Below, piece by piece: positions 8,877-17,668 of a stretch of 50,999 nucleotides of DNA. Positions within the stretch are counted from its first letter, which is position 1. The number at the start of each line of letters is the position of its first letter. A program made the translations under genes and the position numbers. The DNA comes from an uncultured Gemmatimonadota bacterium (GTDB taxonomy: Bacteria > SM23-81 > DAOVCL01): NCBI GenBank assembly GCA_964626665.1, contig CAZVGK010000026.1:1-50999 (forward strand), given 5' to 3'. The notes beneath the pieces are model-generated. The model was given only the letters and a program-made list of their open reading frames with translations, ran no database searches and was not told the origin of the DNA.

Positions 8877-9954
8877 TCTCAATTGGAGGCCATGTCCTGC
8901 CCTTAAGTCTGGTCAAGGTATCTTTCCCAACCCCAGAAACCTTGAGCAACTGATCTCCGGAGGTGAATTCCCCTTCCTGGCGGCGACATTTGATGATCCT
9001 GCGGGCGAGGCTCTTTCCTATTCCAGGAAGGGTGTCCAATTCCTTTCCGCGAGCCAGATTCAGGTTAACGATTGTGGGCAGGTGTGGAGGGGAATAGGCG
9101 GCCATTTTGGGAGCAGGAGGAAGCCTCTCCGGTTGGGGGGTCGATTTAACTTCCAAGGTATAGGTGAGGGAGAAATAGTGACTCAGCCCAAGTTCCCAGT
9201 GGTTAAAGAGGGCATAATCAAACCTCATCCCTTGCCAGATTATCCCTCCTCCCAGGGAAAATCTCCCTGGTGGGGAACGCCATCCGATCCTGGCCTGAAT
9301 GGATCTGTAAGGGGAATATTCCAGTCCCATCCTTACTTGGGGTTCATATCTTATGTCCTGGTAGAGGTCAAGCTCCAGGGAGAGGTCAGAGGAGGGCAGG
9401 AAACTTAACCCAGAGCCGAGGGTCTGGGGGATCTCCTCCTTGGTCTGCCCTATGTGGGGGCTATTCAGGTTTCTCCAGAAGGCCCCCCATTTCAACTCAG
9501 GGATCAGTTGGGAGAGAAGGCCCAGGTCTAACCCAACGGAGTTTGCCGATCCGTAGCCCTTGATGGAGAGGTTGAGAAACCGCACATTTGCCCCTAAGCT
9601 GAGGTATTTGAGCTTCTGGCCATAGGAGAGGATAAAGCTATTCTCCCTGTAGAGGTCGTTACCTAAGCTCTTGAAGCCCAGGCCCAGACTCCCCCGCCCT
9701 AACCTTTGCACCGCCGCTGCCCAACCAGAGGAGAGCCCACTCAGGCCATAGGGTTGGGAGTAAAAGAGGGTGTATCCCCTTTGAAGGGAGGATAGACCAG
9801 CGGGATTGTAGAGGATGGCATCCACATCTTGGGCGTTGGCCACAAAGGCCCCGGCCAACCCGTACGGCCTGGCCCCCACCCCCAGGTCATCGAAGGCAGC
9901 CTCACAATTGCCGACAAAGAGGAGTAATGTGATAATAGTCGAGACGAACCTCAT
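8860..9954 (-). CDS. PorV/PorQ-like beta-barrel fused to a C-terminal ComEA-type HhH domain
   Basis: Signal peptide, GARPYGLAGA...ILYNPAGL barrel N-terminal motif, Pro-rich linker, then VNLNLARGKELDTLPGIGKSLARRII...LLKVSGVGK. Confidence 0.75.
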   Translation of the reverse strand: MRFVSTIITLLLFVGNCEAAFDDLGVGARPYGLAGAFVANAQDVDAILYNPAGLSSLQRGYTLFYSQPYGLSGLSSGWAAAVQRLGRGSLGLGFKSLGNDLYRENSFILSYGQKLKYLSLGANVRFLNLSIKGYGSANSVGLDLGLLSQLIPELKWGAFWRNLNSPHIGQTKEEIPQTLGSGLSFLPSSDLSLELDLYQDIRYEPQVRMGLEYSPYRSIQARIGWRSPPGRFSLGGGIIWQGMRFDYALFNHWELGLSHYFSLTYTLEVKSTPQPERLPPAPKMAAYSPPHLPTIVNLNLARGKELDTLPGIGKSLARRIIKCRRQEGEFTSGDQLLKVSGVGKDTLTRLKGRTWPPIENEADR

Positions 9955-9960
9955 CTCAGT

Positions 9961-10950
9961 TTAACTCAACCCTAAGTCTTTTTTGGCTTTCATAATTCTT
10001 TCATAGGAGCGCGGGAATTTATCTCTGATGGCTCTGCTTGTGAGGGCCCTCTTTAATGTCTCCTCCATAACCTCAAGCTGTTTTGACAGGTTGTGGCAGA
10101 GGAGAATAAGGTTTGCTCCCGCCTCGATGGCCAAGGATACGGCCTCCCCCAAGGGGAAATTCTCCCTGATTGCCCCCATTCCCAAATCATCGGTGATGAT
10201 AGTTCCCTCAAAGCCAAGCTCCCCACGGAGGATACTGCTGGTTATCTCCTGGGAAAGGCTTGCAGGAAGTCCGCTTGGGTCTAAGTTGGGACAGGCAAGA
10301 TGGGTGGTCATCACCAGCTTTACCCCCGAGGCTATGGCTGTCCGAAAGGGAAGCCAGTCCCAGGAGGAGAATTCATCCTTTTCTCGAGGATCAGAAGGCA
10401 AAGCGGTGTGTGGGTCTATGGCCGTACCCCCCAGGCCGGGGAAGTGTTTGGCGCAAGCTAGTATCCCTTCCCTTTGAATGGCCTGCACGCTCAGGGAGGA
10501 GAGCTTGGCCACCAGGTTTGCATCACCGCCAAATGACCTCTCACCCAAAATGGAACTTTTGGGGTCGGATACTAAATCCACTGCTGGGGCCAGGTTTACA
10601 TTTATCCCCAGTCCTTTCAGTGCCTTTGCCGTCTCGCTGTAGGCAAGGGTGGCACCTTGAAAATCCTCTCTCTCCCCATAGAAGCGGTTGGAGGGAAACT
10701 GGGGTATTTCTTTTTTTATTCGGTTGGTCTCTCCCCCCTCCTGATCGATCATCACCAAAAGGGGGAGAGGGGAGAGGGATTGAGCCCCTCTGATTAGTTC
10801 CCTTAATTGTCGGGTATCCTCGATGTTTTCCTCAAAGAGGATGATCCCCCCTATGGGGTCCTTTCTTAATAGGGGCTTAAACTCCTGAGGAATGGTCTTG
10901 CCCTCAAAGCCCAGAACGAAAAGCTGTCTGAGATAACCCCTGATCTCCAC
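9961..10950 (-). CDS. nagZ: Beta-N-acetylhexosaminidase (GH3, NagZ)
   Basis: IGGIILF, IDQEGG, ERSFG, KHFPGLG...DPH and IITDDLGMGA motifs. Confidence 0.9.
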   Translation of the reverse strand: MEIRGYLRQLFVLGFEGKTIPQEFKPLLRKDPIGGIILFEENIEDTRQLRELIRGAQSLSPLPLLVMIDQEGGETNRIKKEIPQFPSNRFYGEREDFQGATLAYSETAKALKGLGINVNLAPAVDLVSDPKSSILGERSFGGDANLVAKLSSLSVQAIQREGILACAKHFPGLGGTAIDPHTALPSDPREKDEFSSWDWLPFRTAIASGVKLVMTTHLACPNLDPSGLPASLSQEITSSILRGELGFEGTIITDDLGMGAIRENFPLGEAVSLAIEAGANLILLCHNLSKQLEVMEETLKRALTSRAIRDKFPRSYERIMKAKKDLGLS

Positions 10951-10958
10951 ATCAAAAA

Positions 10959-10987
10959 GATATACACCTCTTAATCCTTCTTGTCAA
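10959..10987 (-). promoter_or_regulatory. Sigma70-type promoter for the nagZ operon
   Basis: TTGACA-N17-TATATC on the minus strand, with the -10 box 8 nt from the GTG start. Confidence 0.55.
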
Positions 10988-11101
10988 GGAGAGAACTGCG
11001 CATGATTTGACATTTTGGGGGAATTAACGGTGTGTCAAAATAAACAGGATAGACATTATGATCAGGATGGAATATAGAGATCAGAGTCAAACCTTTAATT
11101 A

Positions 11102-11274
11102 TTACTCAGGGCACATTGCTATTTCAAGTGTCATTGTGAAGAGCGTAGCGACGAGGCAATTCATGGTCTAAACCCCCCATTAAGCGTTTTGAATTGCTTC
11201 GCTGCCCCCTCACTTCATTCGGGGCTACGGCTCACCGCAATGACATGTAACCTATTTAGTGGCCCTAGTAGTAA
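11102..11274. repeat. Composite palindromic REP/MITE element, family A
   Basis: Core GTCATTG...GCAAT...ATTGCTTCG...CGCAATGAC with ends TTACTCAGG and AGTAGTAA. Related full copies at 15248-15407 (inverted) and 37037-37492. Core-only copies at 33254-33384 and 43886-44002. Confidence 0.8.
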
Positions 11275-11392
11275 CAATTTAGGCGTTGCTTGGTGCTCAG
11301 TGGTTCCCTCTGACTGACGACCTCTCGCCGTAATTAGTATTTAGAGCTTTGACCCCAAAATGTGTGGCGAGAACGACTTTTGCAGATTTAGT

Positions 11393-14188
11393 TCAGCCTT
11401 TTTCTTCGTTTCTTTGGAATGCATCCTTTGTCGACTGGTCGCCTCTGAGTAAAGGCATCTGTTTGAAGGATTCAATCATAAGTTTCAGGAAATTAGCCTG
11501 ATTTAGCTTTTCATCCTGGCGCAACTGCAAGGCGCCAATGATCGAGATTGCCAGCAACCCTCCAATAATCACTATGGGGAGAACATACCAAGACACGTTT
11601 TGACTGATAATGGCGATTAACCCCATGATGACGGCTAACGCCAACAGGTAGAATAAGCCTGAACTCCACGGACTTTTCTTGTTACTGGCCGGAGTAGCGC
11701 TTGGCATAGCCGGTTTCAGTTGTGGTGCTGACCAAGATTCGGGACTCTTCTCCCGGATACGATTTTCCCGCCGTTCTCGGCGCTTCTGTTCGGGTTCAAC
11801 GCCATCGAGTAGTTGCTTGACGTCAACTTTTTCGGTCAGTCCTTCGGGAATGAAGCTCGCTTCGCCCAACGCTTCCAGGTTCAACAAATGCTTGTAATCG
11901 ACTACAATCTTCGGATAATTGGGTAAAGGCACTTTTTCTTCCACCTCGATTCCGGAAATGGTTTGGTGAATATAGTCAAACTGAGAACGGATAATAGCCA
12001 GAAATGTGCGCCGGGTTCGCTCTGTTCCGCCTACCCAGATGAAGATCTTTTTTTCCTCACGATCCGCTTTAGCCAGAGCTCTGTTCCCTTCATACTCCAG
12101 CATCACCCCGCTGCGCCAATAGGTGCTTTTGTGAATGTATGGATGCATGCGCACGATGAAGCGCGAAATGATGCTGCCAGGCAACACTTTGTAATGGTAT
12201 TGAAAGGCTAGCGCATCATGCCAGTCGCCGGTGTAAGGCTCTTCTTTAACCAGTAAGTCGGGGACCAAAAATTTCCGGTCGGTAAAACCCTCAAAATCAA
12301 AACAGAGCTCGAACTTGCGCATCATATCCATAATAAACAGATGCTTATTCTTGGGGTATTCCCTGACGTCCAAGATTTGGTTAAGCTTTTGTCGTTTTAG
12401 AACGCCTCTGCTTTGAAACAACTCATTGGAGTTTAAAATCCTGTAAACGCCGTTGGTGACCCATTCGGGATTCAAGATATTCGTGTCTTCCAGCCGGGGA
12501 TCATCCTGGAAATTCAACACAATGCCTAAATCGTGCAGAAAGCGGATGAGGGTGCGTTGGCTGATGCCATCGCTGATGTTTTCAGCCCGACACATACCCA
12601 CATACTCGTGGTAGGGAATGTAATCCTTTTGCATCTCTTCCAACTGATTCTTGACAGCAAACCAGGTGTTCAGCAGTTGATCGTGGATATGATCGAGCGA
12701 ACCAATTTCCAGGGCGATGATGGCTTTTAGTCCTTCAATGCCATCGCCGCTCCGGCAGGATGTTTCGACAAAGGCTTTTATGTTTTTGTATTTTGCCTGA
12801 AGTCCGCGCTGATCTATGTCCAACGATTGCTGGTCAATTTTGTTGCCAACGATGATGATAGGGGAATTGCCGCCAAAACTTTGGATCATCTTGAGCCAAT
12901 ATTCAATCCGGTTCTCCTCTTCAGTCAGCCGGGCATCCAGAACGAGTAGATAGAGGCTGCGTTTAGTCAGAAAGAATTGGTGAGTGGCATGCATAATCTC
13001 CTGCCCGCCAAAGTCCCAGATATTAAGTCGGATGTCTTGGCCATTCACCGTAACCCCCCATTGTTTGATATCTATGCCCTCAGTTATGTTTTCATGCGGG
13101 TTAAAACGATTCTCCACCAGTCGCCTTCTCAGTGAGGTTTTGCCCACGCTTCCCTGACCCACCAGCAGCATCTTGGCTTCATTCAAGGGCCTTTTTCGAT
13201 CGGTTTGATGTTTCAGATAATAGTTGATGATGGTGGCAGTTTCATATGATTTTTCTAAAATTTCAGGAGGGATTGGTAGCGGGTTCCCACCGAGCTCAAG
13301 CTCAATCAGGTTGGCCAGTTTGCCGATCTCCGGGGGGAGGGCGGAGAGTTGGTTCCCCCAGAGGTAAAGCATAGCCAGGTTGGTCAGTTTGCCGATCTCC
13401 GGAGGGAGGGTAGGGAGTTGGTTCCCACCGAGGTAAAGCTTAGTCAAGTTGGTCAGTTTGCCGATCTCCGGGGGGAGGGCGGAGAGGTGGTTCTCCCAGA
13501 GGTCAAGCTTAGTCAAGTTGGTCAGTTTGCCGATCTCCGGGGGGAGGGCGGAGAGTTGGTTCTCCCTGAGATCAAGCATAGCCAGGTTGGTCAGTTTGCC
13601 GATCTCCGGAGGCAGGGCAGAGAGTTGATTCACCCTGAGATCAAGCATAGCCAGGTTGGTCAGTTTGCCGATCTCCGGAGGGAGGGTAGGGAGTTGGTTC
13701 CCACCGAGGTAAAGCTTAGTCAAGTTGGTCAGTTTGCCGATCTCCGGAGGGAGGGCGGAGAGGTGGTTCTCCCTGAGATCAAGCATAGCCAGGTTGGTCA
13801 GTTTGCCAATCTCCGGGGGAAGGGCGGAGAGGTGATTACCCCTGAGATCAAGCATAGCCAGGTTGGTCAGTTTGCCAATCTCCGGGGGAAGGGCGGAGAG
13901 GTGATTACCCCTGAGGTCAAGCATAGCCAGGTTGGTCAGTTTGCCAATCTCCGGAGGCAGGGCGGAGAGGTGATTACCCCTGAGGTCAAGCTTAGTCAAG
14001 TTGGTCAGTTTGCCAATCTCCGGAGGCAGGGCAGAGAGTTGGTTCCCACCGAGGTAAAGCTTAGTCAGGTTGGTCAGTTTGCCAATCTCCGGGGGGAGGA
14101 CGGAGAGGCCCTTTTTGGTGAGATCAAGCGCTGTTACTTCGTCTTTAGCGGCTTGTTCAATCTTTTGAAGGAGTTTCTCTTTTGTCAT
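11393..14188 (-). CDS. Prokaryotic Roco protein: LRR + Roc GTPase + COR + two C-terminal TM helices
   Basis: 23-aa LRRs, G1 GQGSVGKTS, G3 WDFGGQE and G4 NKID. COR signatures FLHDLGIV and ILNPEWVTNGVY. Two hydrophobic helices near the C-terminus. Confidence 0.93.
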   Translation of the reverse strand: MTKEKLLQKIEQAAKDEVTALDLTKKGLSVLPPEIGKLTNLTKLYLGGNQLSALPPEIGKLTNLTKLDLRGNHLSALPPEIGKLTNLAMLDLRGNHLSALPPEIGKLTNLAMLDLRGNHLSALPPEIGKLTNLAMLDLRENHLSALPPEIGKLTNLTKLYLGGNQLPTLPPEIGKLTNLAMLDLRVNQLSALPPEIGKLTNLAMLDLRENQLSALPPEIGKLTNLTKLDLWENHLSALPPEIGKLTNLTKLYLGGNQLPTLPPEIGKLTNLAMLYLWGNQLSALPPEIGKLANLIELELGGNPLPIPPEILEKSYETATIINYYLKHQTDRKRPLNEAKMLLVGQGSVGKTSLRRRLVENRFNPHENITEGIDIKQWGVTVNGQDIRLNIWDFGGQEIMHATHQFFLTKRSLYLLVLDARLTEEENRIEYWLKMIQSFGGNSPIIIVGNKIDQQSLDIDQRGLQAKYKNIKAFVETSCRSGDGIEGLKAIIALEIGSLDHIHDQLLNTWFAVKNQLEEMQKDYIPYHEYVGMCRAENISDGISQRTLIRFLHDLGIVLNFQDDPRLEDTNILNPEWVTNGVYRILNSNELFQSRGVLKRQKLNQILDVREYPKNKHLFIMDMMRKFELCFDFEGFTDRKFLVPDLLVKEEPYTGDWHDALAFQYHYKVLPGSIISRFIVRMHPYIHKSTYWRSGVMLEYEGNRALAKADREEKKIFIWVGGTERTRRTFLAIIRSQFDYIHQTISGIEVEEKVPLPNYPKIVVDYKHLLNLEALGEASFIPEGLTEKVDVKQLLDGVEPEQKRRERRENRIREKSPESWSAPQLKPAMPSATPASNKKSPWSSGLFYLLALAVIMGLIAIISQNVSWYVLPIVIIGGLLAISIIGALQLRQDEKLNQANFLKLMIESFKQMPLLRGDQSTKDAFQRNEEKG
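13307..14065 (-). repeat. Eleven tandem near-identical 69-bp units encoding LRRs
   Basis: Unit xxLxLxxNxLxxLPPEIGKLTNL occurs 11 times, with degenerate flanking units. DNA-level identity is visible (GTTGGTCAGTTTGCC recurs every 69 nt). Confidence 0.95.
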
Positions 14189-14457
14189 TGACAAATCTTC
14201 TTCCTATCCTAGGTCAAGATTACAACTGAGTATAGCAAGTTGCAGTTGCTTGGCAGCTCAAACGGAGTGGCAGTTAAGCTGCCTTCTTTTCAGCCGGATT
14301 GCTAACAGTTATAAGCGGCGAAGAAGGGCAAGTGGAAACGAGACCACGGGTTTGTCGTCTTGTATCTAATGGTCATAGTCAAACCTTTGCCAATTGGAAT
14401 GCCAGGCGGAATCTGCTGCCTCAAGATTGAGTAGCAGATGTATACTTTTTTTAAGCA

Positions 14458-14916
14458 TCACTTTGATAATCTGTCAAGCATCAACTCAACTGGGTTTGTT
14501 CCTGCCAGGCTGAAAATCTGAAGATTGGAGCCAGCGAACCTCCCATCTTTCTCCATACGCTTCCCAATTCCCCGATAGGTAAAGGTCGGGATGATATTCA
14601 TCTCCAATACCACTCGGTTGACCAAGTCGGCGAGCATACCAACTTTCTCTGCCTTAAGAATCCTGTAGATTTCATCGATGCAAAGATCCATCAGTTCTTC
14701 CGGAGTGGTGGACGGTGATAGGCCGTTCTTATTGTGGGTGGGAATTGAATCCAGGGATATTATTGGTCGCTCAACTTTTTTGCCATCGATGTCTGTGAAT
14801 ACCCCCTGGATTTTTTGGGCTGGGATCAGCTCAAGGTCCTTCTTCATACAACAGTCTTTGTATTTCTTGCCGCTGCCACAAGGACAGGGCGCATTTCTGG
14901 GAACTGCTTTCCCCAT
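14458..14916 (-). CDS. SEC-C metal-binding motif protein
   Basis: N-terminal RNAPCPCGSGKKYKDCC. The remainder is not recognised. Confidence 0.85.
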   Translation of the reverse strand: MGKAVPRNAPCPCGSGKKYKDCCMKKDLELIPAQKIQGVFTDIDGKKVERPIISLDSIPTHNKNGLSPSTTPEELMDLCIDEIYRILKAEKVGMLADLVNRVVLEMNIIPTFTYRGIGKRMEKDGRFAGSNLQIFSLAGTNPVELMLDRLSK

Positions 14917-14959
14917 CTCTTCAAACCCTTTGTGAATATAACGGTTTTATTGCACCCAT

Positions 14960-14987
14960 AATATAGCTACTTCACCTCTTTTGTCAA
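14960..14987 (-). promoter_or_regulatory. Sigma70-type promoter upstream of SEC-C/Roco genes
   Basis: TTGACA-N16-TATATT on the minus strand. Confidence 0.5.
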
Positions 14988-15247
14988 ACCGTTTTCCCAG
15001 GCCGGCCTATAGCCCTATAGGTCTCTCCCAGTCCAAGGCAGGGAGATCAATTTGCTCAGGGTTTAAGGCCCCTTTGATCGCTATCGGAGGGGTTTTGGTG
15101 ATGGTTTAGCCGATTAACTGTCTTCATAAAGCAGGATCTTAAAATCTTTGTCAAGTGGGAAAGGTCTCCTGACCTTTCGAGAGCTGTCAGGAGGTAACTC
15201 CTGACAGCACACTTTTTATCGGCATCAGGAGATGCCTCCCACAGCAG

Positions 15248-15407
15248 TTACTACTCTGGTCACTAAATAGATTACGGGTCATTGCAAGCGAAGTGAAGCA
15301 ATCTAAACCTCTGAATAGAGATTTAGACTGTGAGATTGCTTCGTCGCTCTGCTCCTCGCAATGACAATTGAGATATCAGTGTGTAAACTATAAGGTGATC
15401 TGAGTAA
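15248..15407. repeat. REP/MITE family A copy, inverted relative to 11102-11274
   Basis: Begins TTACTACT...CACTAAATAG (reverse complement of the 11251-11274 end), has the GTCATTGC...CGCAATGAC core and ends CTGAGTAA. Confidence 0.8.
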
Positions 15408-15574
15408 TAATTTAAATAGATAAGCCTAATAGCGATGCTTATACTTGGACCATAAAGCAAAAACTTCAGGGACCCTCCAAAAAGATTAAACAGTAAAGCG
15501 GTGGGAATCGTTATATGGGTGTAAGGGGTCAAGAAGGAGTTGCTGTAGGGGTTAAAAAGGGATAAATTGAGAAT

Positions 15575-16048
15575 ATGACGATAGCTTATATCTACGATGC
15601 ATTTGAGGAAGAACTACATCGCTACGCCGTCTGTCTGTCACGGGATGCGGACCAAGCCGATGACCTGGTGCAGGAGACTTTCATTCGGGCGATGGCCTAT
15701 CTTGAGCTATTGAATCGATTGAATGCCCATCAGCGTCGGGCCTGGATGCATCGAGTGTTAAAGAATCTCTTCCTCGATGCGGAGAATAGGCGCCGCCGGG
15801 AGAAGGCCTTAACTGAGCAACTCACTTTGGATATCCAATTTGCCAACCAGCCGTGGGTGGAGCCGGAACCTCCTGATCTGTTCCAACTGGTCCCAGAACA
15901 TTACCGAGGGCTTCTCCAAAAGCGCTATGTTTCAGGTATGAACAGTAAGGAGATCGGCCAGGAGTTAGGAATTCCCGCAGCTACCGTTCGGTCAAGGCTT
16001 CATCTGGCCATCAAATGGCTGCGGGCCAACAAATCGAAGTTTCTTTAA
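15575..16048 (+). CDS. ECF-type sigma70 factor
   Basis: Region 2 ADDLVQETFIRA...WMHRVLKNLFLD and region 4 SKEIGQELGIPAATVRSRLHLA; 157 aa. Confidence 0.93.
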   Translation: MTIAYIYDAFEEELHRYAVCLSRDADQADDLVQETFIRAMAYLELLNRLNAHQRRAWMHRVLKNLFLDAENRRRREKALTEQLTLDIQFANQPWVEPEPPDLFQLVPEHYRGLLQKRYVSGMNSKEIGQELGIPAATVRSRLHLAIKWLRANKSKFL

Positions 16049-16062
16049 AGGAGGAGGGAGTT

Positions 16063-17295
16063 ATGGAAGAGAAGGACAAGGAGCAAGGGAGAACCCTTAG
16101 CAACATAGGGGTTCTTGATCTGCGGAGTGCAACCCAGGAGTCCGTCGCTGGGATCAGTCGGGTGGGCAACGTGGGAGTAGTGCTCTATTCCCCGGAAAGT
16201 GCCGTCCTGGTGGCACGCCTGAACATAGGCAACTTAGGTGCTTCGCTTGAGGCGCCAGCCGATGCCCAGGTCCTCACCGGCCAGGTGACTTTTAGTCGCG
16301 ATTACTTCAAGAACCAGGCTAAACCTCTAAACCTGGTGGTAACCGGCCAACTGGTCGTCTATCCAGATGTGCCGGCAGAGGAGATTGAGGCCGGTCTCGG
16401 TGAGTTGGTCATATCCGGTCAGCTCATCTGCCCAGAGCATCTGGTCGGGGCAATTCATTCCAAGATCAGCAATTTGAGTGGGCAGGAGATAACTTATACC
16501 AAATCCAACTCTACCCGCATAGCAATGGGTAAAGTTGTCCTGGATGAGAATTACCTGATGTCGCTGCAAGATGGCTCAGAGTTGGTGGTTATTGGCAAGC
16601 TAACCCTGCCAGGGGTTTTGCCCAATGAACTTTTGGAGGAAAAAATCCGAAGGATTCAGGTCGTCGGCAAAGTCACCTGCCACGAGGAGAATGCGCAGAT
16701 CATCCTTGCCCGTTTAGACGATAAAATGGGTTCAACCAGGCTCGCCACCATCCCTGCTGGCTTTGAGCTCGTAGAACGGCCTTTGCTGCTTGATGCCAAC
16801 CTGCTGGAAGCACTTCCCGCGCGAAAGCTCTATTGTGCAAGCCGGGTCCAGGTGGATTCAGGGGTGGATGCAGAGATACTGGATAATGCTCTGGAGGCTC
16901 TCGTGGCCGATGGACTGGTGATCTGTCCGATGGTGCTTAAGGATGTGATCTCCCGTAAGTGCAATATGCTTAAGACCCAGGTGGTGCTTTACGAGGGGGA
17001 GCTTTGGCTCGTGGAGGAGGAGCAGACCCTTTTGCCGTCTCGTTTCACGCATCTACAAGACAAGGCAACCTTGATGGTGCTTGACGAGTTGTCCATCGCC
17101 CCTGATGTTGATCCCCAGGTGCTGAAGGAACGGCTGGCCAAGGTGCACAACTTAGACACGATAACCTGCACACCTGAGCAGATGGGGATCATCGAGGCCA
17201 AGATGGGATTGAGCAAGGGAGAATTGGTAGATTCGACACAGGTTAAACCAACCGGTGAGGAAGGTATGGATAATGTCGGCTACCTCAAGTTATAG
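16063..17295 (+). CDS. Soluble hypothetical protein with internal beta-strand repeats (about 410 aa)
   Basis: Strong SD (AAGGAGGAGGG) before ATG 16063. Recurrent VVTGQLVV / VISGQLIC / VVIGKLTL / VVGKVTC motifs. No TM segment or signal peptide. Confidence 0.8.
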   Translation: MEEKDKEQGRTLSNIGVLDLRSATQESVAGISRVGNVGVVLYSPESAVLVARLNIGNLGASLEAPADAQVLTGQVTFSRDYFKNQAKPLNLVVTGQLVVYPDVPAEEIEAGLGELVISGQLICPEHLVGAIHSKISNLSGQEITYTKSNSTRIAMGKVVLDENYLMSLQDGSELVVIGKLTLPGVLPNELLEEKIRRIQVVGKVTCHEENAQIILARLDDKMGSTRLATIPAGFELVERPLLLDANLLEALPARKLYCASRVQVDSGVDAEILDNALEALVADGLVICPMVLKDVISRKCNMLKTQVVLYEGELWLVEEEQTLLPSRFTHLQDKATLMVLDELSIAPDVDPQVLKERLAKVHNLDTITCTPEQMGIIEAKMGLSKGELVDSTQVKPTGEEGMDNVGYLKL

Positions 17296-17336
17296 GCGGT
17301 TCAGTTAAAGGCCTCGGTGAGGCCATCCCAAAGCAA

Positions 17337-17668
17337 GGTGGCAGAACCCCGATTCTGCCACCTTGCCCTATGCCGTCAGGTATGGACACTTGCTGGTTAG
17401 CCGAGGGTGGTCAAACTATCCCACCGCAAAGTCGCCAAGATCGCAAAGAAATCAAAAAAAAGGGCAAACAAAACGATTGGTTAAAAATCTTTAAACTTTG
17501 CGTTCTTTGCGGTGAATCAAAGGCGAAGTGGCAGCATCCCGATTCTGCCACCTTTCCCTATGCCGCAGGTATGGACACTTGCTGGTTAGCCGAGGGTGGT
17601 CAGATGAAGGCATCTGACCGCTCAATCATTGGTGGCACGGAAGATCTGAGAAGGAACTTATGAGTAAT
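17337..17668. repeat. Palindromic repeat family B (two tandem copies)
   Basis: GGTGGCAGAACCCCGATTCTGCCACC hairpin followed by GTCAGATGAGGGCATCTGAC-type hairpins. 17528-17668 closely matches 36888-37031. Partial copies near 30583-30715, 31356-31398, 31557-31620 and 33394-33460. Confidence 0.85.

Noticed and set aside
13307-14065. Possible CRISPR array or DGR template/variable repeat
   Set aside because: Units are contiguous 69-bp in-frame coding repeats with no unique spacers. There is no cas or reverse transcriptase gene, and the variation is not adenine-specific.
13349-14191. 280-aa repetitive plus-strand ORF
   Set aside because: Antisense shadow of the LRR repeats; a stop-free repeat unit explains its length.
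14195-14960. Integron cassette (attC/attI) structure around the SEC-C and Roco genes
   Set aside because: There is a bulged hairpin near 14250-14285 and a GTTATAT before the SEC-C start, but no convincing paired R'/R'' boxes and no integrase. A covariance-model search would be needed.
17337-17668. Structured ncRNA or c-di-GMP riboswitch, and ORF 17370-17663
   Set aside because: The sequence is a dispersed palindromic repeat. GGCAAAC at about 17463 lacks the rest of the GEMM pattern. The ORF is repeat-derived.
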